The position numbers were made by a program, and so were the translations under genes. A stretch of 64,000 bases of DNA, taken from contig OY730476.1 of assembly GCA_963422735.1 (NCBI GenBank), positions 1,504,001 to 1,568,000 of the forward strand. The letters are read 5' to 3'. Positions 29,282 to 38,826 of the stretch are shown here, one piece after another. The stretch's first letter is position 1. Each line of letters starts with the position of its first letter. Under the pieces are notes generated by a model that ran no database searches, had not been told where the DNA came from, and saw only the letters and a list, made by a program, of their open reading frames with translations. Origin of the DNA: Candidatus Latescibacterota bacterium (GTDB lineage: Bacteria > Latescibacterota > UBA2968 > UBA8231).

Positions 29282-30068
29282 TTGACCAATGGTGCTAGTG
29301 TCCTAGATGGACAATTTGACGAATTCATCGCGAGCTGACAAAAGAACCGAACCGCTCGTGTCCATCACCTTTTGCATGGCCGCGAGTAAAGCGGCCGGGC
29401 TCATCAGAATACCCAGAATGGAAAGCGCACTACCCAGTGGTATTTCTAAAGTCTCGCGTGAGCTGTAACGGGGAGCTTGCGATTGGGTCGATCGATGCTG
29501 AGATGGGCATACAGGGTGCCCCCGTGGGGTTTTCCAAAATCACGGTCGACCCCGTCATACCGCTGGGCGCGGGGCTCGAGAACGCGGTCGTCACCTCGCG
29601 TAGGCGAGGATTTCCCGCCCCCCGTCGAGCTGAGCCTAAATCGCCTCCGGCTCCAGTTGACAGATCGCCGCGCCAACGTCGTTCGCACAGCAACTCGCGC
29701 TCGAGATAGATCCCGGCGTTTGCCTAGCACATCTGCCAGTGCCTGCGAAGATTCGGCCAGTTCTGATGCTAACAGCGCGGCAAAATTTTTAGGGTCTCTC
29801 AGCAGAAAGAAGGCGATGGGCCAGCACTCGGGTGAGAGGAGGATGCGAAGAATATCCATCATATTGGACGGCGGCATGTCTTCTCCAAGGCTTCGCCTCC
29901 CACAAAGCATACCAAGCCGCTGCTCCAAAAGCTGAAGCCCTCCAGTTCCTTATCCAAATCGAGTTGATAGGAAATATTCCTATCCCGATTCCTCATATCA
30001 TAGGGCGAATTAGAAGTCCGAGTGCCGTCATCAGCGCGGCCTGTCGTTCTTCCTTCTCTCTGAGGTCG

Positions 30069-30272
30069 CTAATGCGCTGAGCCAATTTGACGCTGAGCGT
30101 TTCGATCCTGAGCCCGCTCCGGCGCGACCGTGATGAAGGCATTGAGCTTTGAGTCGAGCGATTCGATTCGGCGCAGCACGGCCTGTACGACCTCCACCGG
30201 GGACAGCTCGCGGCGCTCGTACAGGCGGCGCAGTTCAGCACCGGAGAGATAGCACAGATCGGTGTCGTTCAT
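30069..30272 (-). pseudogene. Amidase (GatA-like) N-terminal remnant
   Basis: LCYLSGAELRRLYERRELSPVEVVQAVLRRIESLDSKLNAFIT, then abrupt truncation. Confidence 0.8.
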
Positions 30273-30276
30273 GTTG

Positions 30277-31269
30277 TTATGAATCTGGAAGCACCACTTC
30301 TCTGCCGAGGCGGGACGACTCCATACACGCCGTCAGTACCGCCACCAGATGGCGGGCGTATTCGGCCGTCACCGGTGGCTCCGTTCCCGCGTCAATCGCC
30401 TCGACGAACGCGCCTAGCTGCCGCGTCGTGGTGTCGTGGTTCTCGGTCACCTCGGCCTGTTCCCAGTCCCCATCTCGGCCGATAAATAGATCGTTCCTTC
30501 CCGATTCGATCCCTCTTCGCAGTTGGATCATGCCGTCCGTGCAGACAAACTCCGTGCTCAAGCGTTTACCCCCCGTCCTCCACCACACGTGAATCAGCGT
30601 CGAGTACATTCCGTTGTCGAACTGCAAAAGCACCATGGCCACATCGTCCGCTGAGAATTCAAAAAAACGGCTGTCGATTAAGGCCTTGACGGCGACGACG
30701 CGACTGCCCGTCCACCAGCAGGAGCGATCGATCAAGTGGATGCCGTTCTGATACCACAAGCCCCCATGCGTCGCCTTGTCGAGGTACCAGGCCGGCCTGT
30801 TGGGGTTGAAGGGGCGATAGGCCTCGTCGCAGAGACAGATCAAGTCGCCCACGGCCTGCTCGCGCAGCAGCTTCTTCACGGCTCGGTTTGGCGGCGAGAA
30901 GCGGTGCATGTGGCCGACGGAGAGCTGTTTGCCGGCCCGCTGCGCGGCCGCGATCATGGCGTCTGCCTGCTCCACGTTGACGGCCATCGGTTTTTCCACC
31001 AGCACGTGTTTGCCGGCCTCCAAGGCGGCTACGGTCACTTCGCAGTGCAGGCCGTGGGGCAGGCAGACGATGACGAGGTCAACCCGATCATCTGCGAGCA
31101 GATCCTCATAGGAGGAGTAGCTGTGGCAACCGTACTCCGCGCAGACGAGGGCTAGGCGTTCCGCGTGGGTGTCGGCGACCGCCCGCAAGTGCGTAGATTC
31201 AAGGGCCGCCACCGCTTGCAGATGCCCTCTGGCTATGCTGCCGGCACCGATGATTCCAACTCCGTGCAT
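30277..31269 (-). CDS. Gfo/Idh/MocA oxidoreductase
   Basis: GIIGAGSIA, AGKHVLVEKPMA, GIHLID; likely ATG at 31269. Confidence 0.92.
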   Translation of the reverse strand: MHGVGIIGAGSIARGHLQAVAALESTHLRAVADTHAERLALVCAEYGCHSYSSYEDLLADDRVDLVIVCLPHGLHCEVTVAALEAGKHVLVEKPMAVNVEQADAMIAAAQRAGKQLSVGHMHRFSPPNRAVKKLLREQAVGDLICLCDEAYRPFNPNRPAWYLDKATHGGLWYQNGIHLIDRSCWWTGSRVVAVKALIDSRFFEFSADDVAMVLLQFDNGMYSTLIHVWWRTGGKRLSTEFVCTDGMIQLRRGIESGRNDLFIGRDGDWEQAEVTENHDTTTRQLGAFVEAIDAGTEPPVTAEYARHLVAVLTACMESSRLGREVVLPDS

Positions 31270-31345
31270 CTCATCCTCGATTCGGAAGGTGGGAAGTATA
31301 AACGGGCATTTGAACCTTGGCCCACCTCGATGGACGGGCCTCTCC

Positions 31346-32287
31346 CTATGGTTTCTGAGCACCGTTCGTCTCGATGTACACCGAAAACAGCGACTGCGAA
31401 CAGGTGATGAACAGCCTGTTCTTTTTTGCACCGCCGAAGCAGAGGTTGGCGCAGGGTGCCGGCAGGTGGATCTTGCCGATCAAGGTACCGTCGGGAGCAA
31501 AACAATGTACGCCGTCGTAGCCCTCGCCCCCCCAGCAGGCCCCCGACCACAAGTTGCCATCCACATCAGTGCGGATCCCATCCGACGAGCCAGGCTCCAT
31601 GTCGGCGAAGACGCGCCCGTTTGCGATGCGGTCGCCGTGGACGTCGAAAACGCGGATGTGGGTGGGGTGTTGGGGGCCGTCGGAACGCCCGGTATCGACG
31701 ATGTAGAGCAGGGACTCGTCCGGGCTGAAGCAGAGGCCGTTTGGCCGCTGGAAATCTCCGGTCACCACCGTCGCTTGCCCAGTGTCCGGGTCGAGACGGT
31801 ACACGTTGGCGGCATTCTCGAACGCACCCCGATGCCCCTCGTAGTCCAGCAGAATGCCGTAACCGGGATCCGTGAACCAGATCGAACCATCGGATTTTAC
31901 TACGATGTCGTTGGGGGCGTTCAACGGCCTGCCCTCGAACTGGTCCATCAACACGGCGATCGAACCGTCGTATTCCGTCCGCGTGACTCGGCGTGCGTCG
32001 TGTTCGCACGACAGCAATCGTCCTTGGCGGTCGCGCGTGTTGCCATTGGTGTTGTTGGATGGCTTGCGGAAGACGGAGACGGCTCCGGTCTCTTCTTCCC
32101 ACTTGAGAATGCGGTTGTTGGGGATGTCGCTGAACAGCAGATAGCGGCCGTCGCCAAACCACGCGGGGCCTTCGAGCCAGCGTCCGCCGGTCCAGAGCAT
32201 TTCGAGGGCGGCATTCGCCAACTTGTACTTGGCGAAGCGCTCGTCGAGTACCTCAATGCGGCGGTCTGGATACCTCACAAATTCCAT
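31346..32287 (-). CDS. SMP-30/gluconolactonase family protein
   Basis: EGPAW, FSDIPNNRI, NAPND, FTDPGYG, PNGLCFSPDE, DGIRTD. Confidence 0.93.
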   Translation of the reverse strand: MEFVRYPDRRIEVLDERFAKYKLANAALEMLWTGGRWLEGPAWFGDGRYLLFSDIPNNRILKWEEETGAVSVFRKPSNNTNGNTRDRQGRLLSCEHDARRVTRTEYDGSIAVLMDQFEGRPLNAPNDIVVKSDGSIWFTDPGYGILLDYEGHRGAFENAANVYRLDPDTGQATVVTGDFQRPNGLCFSPDESLLYIVDTGRSDGPQHPTHIRVFDVHGDRIANGRVFADMEPGSSDGIRTDVDGNLWSGACWGGEGYDGVHCFAPDGTLIGKIHLPAPCANLCFGGAKKNRLFITCSQSLFSVYIETNGAQKP

Positions 32288-32313
32288 ATCATCTTCCTAA
32301 GTTAAATTAACTG

Positions 32314-32497
32314 ACGGAATTTCCTAGTTTACGGTTGGGAATTCCGGTTTCATGTAGGCGGTTTGACTCGGCTAGCCCTTAGCCCTCGTCCGGGCCAGCG
32401 CGGTCCCCCGCGTCAATGTTCCGGGGCCCGTCGCCGGGTATCCGTCGCCAAGGGGGCGGATGGGACTAACCACTGACCACTGACCACTAACCACTGA
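32314..32497 (-). repeat. Dispersed structured repeat, copy 3 (longest)
   Basis: Matches 2866-3016; four to five ACT(A/G)ACC heptamers at one end. Confidence 0.9.
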
Positions 32498-32609
32498 TTA
32501 AACAGTCCTTATTCTAGCAAAGTCCGTTAACTGATTGCGGCGAATTGCTGATGAAAGTTCTGGTTTTGTCCAGCCTCTAGCAAGGTTTGAGCAAAAGCGG
32601 CCAAATCGC

Positions 32610-32638
32610 TTGACTTCTACACAGATGAATACTACTTT
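32610..32638 (+). promoter_or_regulatory. Possible sigma70-type promoter
   Basis: TTGACT-N17-TACTTT in an AT-rich gap. Confidence 0.35.
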
Positions 32639-32968
32639 TTTGTGCAGGTATTTTACGTGCCACAACGACGGGGCGGATCGGTCGGTAAGTTGCGTTCACT
32701 AATGAAATCGCGGGCCTGCACCAGTATCCCTAAAAGGATATCTCTATGGAGTTTGTTTATTCGGTCTGCACGTCGCTGGCAGGCTGACCGTTTTGTTAGA
32801 GCACCGAGCTTTTCGACGGCAAAACTCTGAAGAGGTGGTGGACACTATCCGACCAGTGGACGGTTCAGGATCGACAGATCCTATGCCCAACCTCCGAGCG
32901 AATACATTTCGCGATCTCAGAAATCGTCATCGACGAGCCGTTTCAACTCTGCTACGAAGTATCCGCCC

Positions 32969-33315
32969 TTGAGCGGTCGCACGGAGACGGCAAGATGGTG
33001 GGATTTGGACGACCTCGATCGCGTGCGAGAGCTGCTCAAACGCTGTGACGACGAGCAAACGCACACCCCTCCACCTAGCTGCGGAAAGAGGAGATGTTGG
33101 TTCCCCCTGGTTGCTGAGCGACTACGGTGCTACGGTGCCGACTTGAATGCCCAAGACACCAAGGGCCGGACCCCATTGCATCCGCGACCTATGTAGGTCA
33201 AGTGGACTCGGCAGAAGCACTCATTGTACTTGGTGCTAGTACTCGAATCCAAATGAAATCGGGCAAGAATCCACTAGAGGTGGCACGCCTAGATTGCAAA
33301 TACCTGCGGTCGTAG
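32969..33315 (+). pseudogene. Ankyrin-repeat protein remnant
   Basis: YGADLNAQDTKGRTPLH / YVGQVDSAEALIVLGA...GKNPLEVA split across frames. Confidence 0.7.
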
Positions 33316-33332
33316 AAATTGAACTTCGGCCT

Positions 33333-34181
33333 CTAAACGCGGCGGAACTTCTGTACTCTATTGTGCAGAGTGGCTACTTCACCGATGTACAGCGAGCCTT
33401 CCTCGTCCACCCAAATGCTGTGTGGGGAGTCGGCGAATTGACCCGGGGCCGAGCCGTCCTCGCCCCAGCGGGCCAGCAGGTGCCCTTCTAGGTCGAATAT
33501 GCTGACGCGCGACCGGGCCTCGACCACGTACACTGTATTGTCCGGGGTGATGAAGAGATCCATGGGCGTTACCACATCGGTCCACTCGTCCAAGTAGCAG
33601 CCCTCAGAGTCAAAGCGCTGGATGCGGTTGTTTTCGCGGTCAACAGCCCAGACGCGTTCGTCGCGATCAACCCACAGGCTGTGGGGCAGGGCGAATTGAC
33701 CCGGACCAGTGCCCCCGGATCCCCACGAATGAAGCAATTCTCCCGCAGCCGAAAAGCGATGGATGCGAAACTGGCCGTACCCGTCGGCCACGTACAAATC
33801 CCCGGAAGGGCCGCACATGGCTTTGGTGGGCTGGTTAAAGGGCTGGTCGGGCGCACCCGGCACTTTAGGCGTGCCCCAAGTGTGGACCAGTGCCCCCTGC
33901 GGATTGAAGCAGCGGATGGTGTGGGTATCGGTGTCGGCCACGTACACTTGGTCTTGGCCGTCAACCCACAGGAGGTGAGGGTTTCCCAGCAGGTCGTCAC
34001 CCCAAGTGTCGAGATAGACTCCGTCGCAGTCGTAAACCAGCAGGGCGGGCGGGTGACGGCGGGCCACAAAGACCCGGCCCTCGGTATCGGCAGCCACTCC
34101 GGGCACGACGCCGCCCATGGGGCGGCCTTGGGGGCCGAGACCCCAGTGTTCGACGACTTCGTAATTATAGGTAGCACTCAT
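33333..34181 (-). CDS. NHL-repeat protein (peptidyl-alpha-hydroxyglycine lyase-like)
   Basis: FNQPT, LYVADGYG, GTGPGQFALPHSLWVD, DRENNRIQRF. Confidence 0.9.
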   Translation of the reverse strand: MSATYNYEVVEHWGLGPQGRPMGGVVPGVAADTEGRVFVARRHPPALLVYDCDGVYLDTWGDDLLGNPHLLWVDGQDQVYVADTDTHTIRCFNPQGALVHTWGTPKVPGAPDQPFNQPTKAMCGPSGDLYVADGYGQFRIHRFSAAGELLHSWGSGGTGPGQFALPHSLWVDRDERVWAVDRENNRIQRFDSEGCYLDEWTDVVTPMDLFITPDNTVYVVEARSRVSIFDLEGHLLARWGEDGSAPGQFADSPHSIWVDEEGSLYIGEVATLHNRVQKFRRV

Positions 34182-34504
34182 GGCGTCCCTCACAGTTTGG
34201 GGCAAAGATCAATGTATATTGGTAATACAGATAGCGGCCTGCAATAGTCACCGAGCAGCTTGAATACGCAAAAGAAAAAAGAAGCGGCCTATTATAGCGG
34301 GGGAACCGATGAAGATGTACTATCTGCAAAGACCGACTCGGCGTAGCGATCGGTTGGAGGGCTTTGCAAGCGCAAACCAAAACGCGGTGGAGGACTATCC
34401 AGAGGAACGCCGGGCCCAGATCGCCGCGGCCATCCGCCGGACCCTCCTTCCCTCGGAGGCGCTCGCCAACGATCCACCCGCAGAACGGCTCTTGCAGGAC
34501 GACG

Positions 34505-34689
34505 ACCTGCTGTAAAATCTTGTTCAAAAGTCCACGTCCAATGTCACTGCGATGTGGATTGGGCAGGACAAGACGTGTTGTTTCTCGGACCATATCAATG
34601 ATGATGGCCCCAGGATACGGGCCTTCAAATCCCAACTGCTGCAAATATCGAATAAGGTCGCGGCGACTAATCGGCCCAAATTTGGGCAT
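34505..34689 (-). pseudogene. HicA toxin remnant
   Basis: MPKFGPISRRDLIRYLQQLGFEGPY...LPNPHRSDIGRGLLNKIL; GxxH motif altered; 3' end runs into unrelated sequence. Confidence 0.7.
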
Positions 34690-34912
34690 CACACCGACTC
34701 CGGCACGCTATCCAAGCGCAACCCATCCACTTCTGGAAGCGGATGGCCCATTCTCAATCCGAGGATAATCCAGCTTTCAAGTACGGATTGCAATTCTTCT
34801 CCGCATTTGCATACACGCCTTGAAATCCGACGATTTCTCCACAAAACGTTTGCTCGTCGAGAACCTCGTATGTCGCATTTCTCATCGCCGATTGGATATG
34901 GGCAGTCAACAT
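34689..34912 (-). pseudogene. HicB antitoxin with internal deletion and frameshift
   Basis: MLTAHIQSAMRNATYEVLDEQTFCGEIVGFQGVYANA / EELQSVLESWIILGLRMGHPLPEVDG; TGATG overlap with hicA. Confidence 0.75.
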
Positions 34913-34940
34913 AGAATGCTCACTTTCAAAAGTGTTGCTT

Positions 34941-35981
34941 TCAATCCGCCACAGCGAGTTTCAGAAACTCGTATTCTAGCTTGCCCATAAAAAAATCGCC
35001 TTCGATGTCCTCAAGTTTTTCGACCGTTGCTTTAATCGCGTGTTCTGATTGGTCGATGCCGATCCAAGTTCTATTGATCCGTTGAGCGGATTTTAACGTC
35101 GTCCCCGATCCACAAAAACAATCCAAGACAATGCTTCTCGGATTGGAAGAAGTGCGAATAATCAAGTCCAAGAGTTCGGAATTTTTCTCCGTTGGATACA
35201 CCGGATATTGCGGATCCTTATACTCCCAAATATCTTGTACCCTCTTACCTTCTTTCTCGTCTGCAAATACCACTTTTCTTGGATTGCCCGTCGCCGACCA
35301 TTCTATCAGGCCGTCTCTATCCCACCGCTCTAGTGTTTTGACAGATGTTCGCCAATGGCGTCCTCGTGGCGGCATCATACCTCTAAAAGGACGATTTGAT
35401 TCTCCATTTACGGTTTCACCGGGTGCGTGAATAGGGACTGTGGTGTAGCGTCTTCCTTGTTTATCCTTCTTTGGGAACAGTCGCTCTATATCTTTTTCCG
35501 AGTACCTTTCCTTTGGTTCATTCCATATAGGATGCGATGTTTTGCTGTAAAAGAGGATTAAGTCTTTAACATTCCCATAACCCGTTCTTTTAAAGTTCTT
35601 GGGGTTACATTTTACTCTTGTTATGTCATTCCGAAAGTTCCCCATGCCAAATACTTCGTCCATCATAACTTTGACGTAATGGCCTATTTTGTAGTCTATG
35701 TGTAAGTAAATCGAACCTCTCGCAGATAAAAGCTCCCTTAGCAAAATCAATCTTTCGCGCAAAAACTCAACAAACTCAGTGCCTACTAATCGATCAGAAT
35801 AAGCGACGGATCCACGTTTCGAACTGCTAATCGTCGCAGCTCGATCTTCGGCAATGGTGAAATTGCTTCCCGTAGCGAAGGGAGGATCAATATACACTAA
35901 GTCTATTTTTTCTTGGAGTTTCCTTTCTTGCAAGAGATAGTTTAAGCCAGCAATATTATCGCCTTCAATGAGCAGATTCAT
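34941..35981 (-). CDS. Site-specific N6-adenine/N4-cytosine DNA methyltransferase (beta class), orphan
   Basis: YIDPPF before YPTEK and VLDCFCGSGTT; clearly lower GC than the flanks. Confidence 0.92.
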   Translation of the reverse strand: MNLLIEGDNIAGLNYLLQERKLQEKIDLVYIDPPFATGSNFTIAEDRAATISSSKRGSVAYSDRLVGTEFVEFLRERLILLRELLSARGSIYLHIDYKIGHYVKVMMDEVFGMGNFRNDITRVKCNPKNFKRTGYGNVKDLILFYSKTSHPIWNEPKERYSEKDIERLFPKKDKQGRRYTTVPIHAPGETVNGESNRPFRGMMPPRGRHWRTSVKTLERWDRDGLIEWSATGNPRKVVFADEKEGKRVQDIWEYKDPQYPVYPTEKNSELLDLIIRTSSNPRSIVLDCFCGSGTTLKSAQRINRTWIGIDQSEHAIKATVEKLEDIEGDFFMGKLEYEFLKLAVAD

Positions 35982-36058
35982 CAGTATATACCTCGCCCAT
36001 TTTATACAACCTACCACAAATTCTATTTATCGTTCTGGGGTTCCTTCCTATTGCTCGC

Positions 36059-36449
36059 CTATCTCTTCTCAGAAGTGTCTTGTAGATTCCCAGATTCAAA
36101 AGGGTTCAATAATGACAATTCTTGAATCCACTGAAAATCCTCCACATTGCGAGTTACCAACTTTAGTTCGTGTCTTAGTGTAGCCCCGGCTACGAGGGCA
36201 TCACCGAGGGACGTTTTCCGCTGCTGTCGGAGGGCTACTGCTCGGTCGAGGACGTCTTGTGAAAGAGGTAAGACCTGCGCCAAAAAAAATGCCCCAAGTA
36301 TTGCCGTTCCTCGTCATCGAGTTGATGATACCCGAGGACTTCTACGTAACTGACGGCTGAAATGGCCGGCGCATACTCAACAATCAACTGTCTCAGGTGA
36401 GTATATGTAGGTTGGGATGCATAGATAAGAACGTTGCTGTCAATGAGTA
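36059..36449 (-). pseudogene. VapC (PIN) toxin, frameshifted
   Basis: LIDSNVLIY...SAVSYVEVLG / LGDALVAGATL...LVTRNVEDF; frameshift at the G4/T8 tract near 36282-36295. Confidence 0.8.
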
Positions 36450-36593
36450 CTACTCTTCGGGCTCCGGCAATACGCGATCTCGGCGGAACTCGCTTGCTCC
36501 AGCACTATTTAACGGCACGTCTTTCTGAAGTTCTGGTGCTTCTTCGAGCCACTCGAAGCGGTCACCTTGGAGGAATGCTCTGTAGCTACGCAT
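36450..36593 (-). pseudogene. Probable shortened antitoxin upstream of vapC
   Basis: MRSYRAFLQGDRFEWLEEAP...RRDRVLPEPEE; abuts the PIN gene. Confidence 0.5.
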
Positions 36594-36629
36594 GACAACC
36601 TCTTGAGACTTCAGGCCCAGCGGCATACA

Positions 36630-38057
36630 TTAAAATGTATCGACCGGCATCTGCCGACACTCGCGGATGAAGACTTCGGCTTCGCGGCCATAGGTGAGAA
36701 AGGGATCGTCGAGGCTGAGGAACCTATCGTCGCCCACGCAAATGGAGTCCCAATCAATTTGGTAGCGCACCTTTTGATCGGTCAGCGCCCTCATCACTCG
36801 GGAGCGGGCGCAAGCGCGGGTGGTGGCCGGGGGATGCGTGATGGCTTGGTTGATCTGCTCGTCGCCGACGACTCGCTTGACCATCCCGCGCGCGTACAGA
36901 TCAAAATAGAGGCTCCGCGCCGCATTGAGATTGTGGTATTCCAAATCCAAACTTTGGATCCAAGTATCCTGCCAGTCCAACCCCTCTTCCCGCATGAAGT
37001 ACTCCAACAGCCACTTCTTGGCCACCCAATCGACGCGATCGACCAAGCATCCGGGATCGTGCTCTAAGGCGTCGATGACAAAGCGCCACTCGTCCAACAC
37101 CCAATCGCCCTCTTCATCCCGGCCGCGCAGATAGCGCTCGGCCAAGTCGAGATACGCACGCTGTATCTCCGTAGCCGTGGTGTAGCGGCCGTCCTCTAGC
37201 TGCACCTCCCAGCGATAGGTCATGTCGCGCGAAATGTCGCGGATGGCCTGTACCGGGTCGAGGAGCTTGATGTCGTCGCAGAGTATGCGCTCTTGCTCTT
37301 CCAAAAGCTGCAACACCAAAGCGGTGGTGCCCACCTTCAGGGCGGTGGCATACTCCATCATGTTCGAGTCGCCCACCAGCAGGTGCAAGCGGCGGTATAG
37401 CCCCCAATCAGCTAGCGGCTCGTCGCGAGTGTTGATGATCGCGCGACTGAACTGGATCCACTGGTAGATCTCGGTGACGATGTGATCGGCCCGCTGCGAG
37501 AGTTGGAATTCAACACCTTCGTCCTCGGCACTGCCGTACTCGAAAATATCCGTGTGGCAACCGACTCGGCCGGCACCGGCGAATATCTGGCGGGTGACAA
37601 AAAAGGGCAGCATGGTGGGCAGCAGCACTTGCGAAAACGGCACCTCTCGGCGCACGAGGTAGTTTTCGTGGCAGCCAAAAGTAGCCCCGGTGTAGTGGTC
37701 GATATTGTTCTTGAAAAAGGCCGCGCTATCGGCCAAGCCAAGCTGATCTAGCGCGCGCTGCACCAACCGCTCGCCAGCCCGGTCGGCAGCCACCAAATCA
37801 AAAAGCCCGGTGCATTCCGGGGTGGCGTACTCGACGTGGCCCATGTCGATGTACAAGCGCCCGCCGTTGAAGAGAAAACCGCCGTTGCCGGGCGGCTCGT
37901 CGCGGCCCCGATAGTGCATATCGACAATGCCCAAGCCCTCGCGGTAGAACACACAGTCCTTGACCTTTATCGACACAAAATCGGGACTCAAAAAGGGATC
38001 TGAAGCCGGCGGCAGACAGCCGAACTCGGTCTCTATCCCATAGATGCGACCTTCCAT
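36630..38057 (-). CDS. pafA: Pup/UBact-protein ligase (PafA)
   Basis: GIETEFG, FLFNGGRLYID.GH.EYATPEC, KNN, GCHENYL, IINTRDEP, RRLHL..GDSN; lacks the Dop loop. Confidence 0.9.
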   Translation of the reverse strand: MEGRIYGIETEFGCLPPASDPFLSPDFVSIKVKDCVFYREGLGIVDMHYRGRDEPPGNGGFLFNGGRLYIDMGHVEYATPECTGLFDLVAADRAGERLVQRALDQLGLADSAAFFKNNIDHYTGATFGCHENYLVRREVPFSQVLLPTMLPFFVTRQIFAGAGRVGCHTDIFEYGSAEDEGVEFQLSQRADHIVTEIYQWIQFSRAIINTRDEPLADWGLYRRLHLLVGDSNMMEYATALKVGTTALVLQLLEEQERILCDDIKLLDPVQAIRDISRDMTYRWEVQLEDGRYTTATEIQRAYLDLAERYLRGRDEEGDWVLDEWRFVIDALEHDPGCLVDRVDWVAKKWLLEYFMREEGLDWQDTWIQSLDLEYHNLNAARSLYFDLYARGMVKRVVGDEQINQAITHPPATTRACARSRVMRALTDQKVRYQIDWDSICVGDDRFLSLDDPFLTYGREAEVFIRECRQMPVDTF

Positions 38058-38058
38058 A

Positions 38059-38826
38059 CTAGACCTCGAAGTAGGAAGTGAGTGGCTCGGCTAATTCTTC
38101 CGAGGTGAGCAGGTGGAACTTCGACTTGGCGACGCGCTCGCGGTCGAGTACTGCGGCCTCGATGGTCAGCCCTTGCAAACCGCCCTTTAGAAAATCGCGC
38201 ACAGCCTCCGCGCTGGGCACCTCTCCATCGCGGACATCGAGGGTCAATCGGCCTAATCCCCACACCTCCAACGCCGTGCCCAAGGCTTGATCAAGGGGCG
38301 ATTCCGGATCAGCCACCTGCAGTTGTGCCGTCATGGCCTGCGCGCTCTCTGCGTTGCCGCTGATGGCCGCCATCCCGCCACTCTGGGCAAAGGACCCATC
38401 GGCGTCAATGGTAAAAAAGACGTCGCCGCCGTCTGGGTCTAGCTCGGCCATCATCACGCGGGCGACGAAGGGCGAGCGAAATAGCTCGTCGAAAGCCGCC
38501 TTCATCAGCGGGCCGATGCCAAAGCTGACTAACCGCTGCAAGGTTACGTCATTGGCCGACAGGTTGAACCCCTCGACATGGGCGATGTCGATGACGGCCT
38601 TGCGCAGCTTCTCGATGTCGGCCGGATGCCCCACGGCCGCGAAGGCGATCTCGTCGTACACCTCAAAGAGCTTGCGCGGACCTGGAGTAGCCGTCAGTAG
38701 TAGCACTCCGTCGGCATACGTCGTACCCACCACCGGACTGCCGCTCGCGAGCTGGTCTTCCACGTATTCACGGCGGTTGTTGATCGCCTCAACCCAGCGA
38801 TAAGGCTCCTCTAACATGCGTTTCAA
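38059..38826 (-). CDS. prcA: 20S proteasome alpha subunit
   Basis: GSPVV...DGVLL...RKLFEVYDEIAFAAVG, IEAAVLDR; operon context. Confidence 0.88.
   Translation of the reverse strand: MKRMLEEPYRWVEAINNRREYVEDQLASGSPVVGTTYADGVLLLTATPGPRKLFEVYDEIAFAAVGHPADIEKLRKAVIDIAHVEGFNLSANDVTLQRLVSFGIGPLMKAAFDELFRSPFVARVMMAELDPDGGDVFFTIDADGSFAQSGGMAAISGNAESAQAMTAQLQVADPESPLDQALGTALEVWGLGRLTLDVRDGEVPSAEAVRDFLKGGLQGLTIEAAVLDRERVAKSKFHLLTSEELAEPLTSYFEV

Noticed and set aside
32465-32497. Heptamer tandem repeats as a possible CRISPR array
   Set aside because: No spacers, 7-bp unit, no cas genes; part of the dispersed element.
34309-34515. 68-aa plus-strand ORF converging on hicA
   Set aside because: No family recognised; probably debris.
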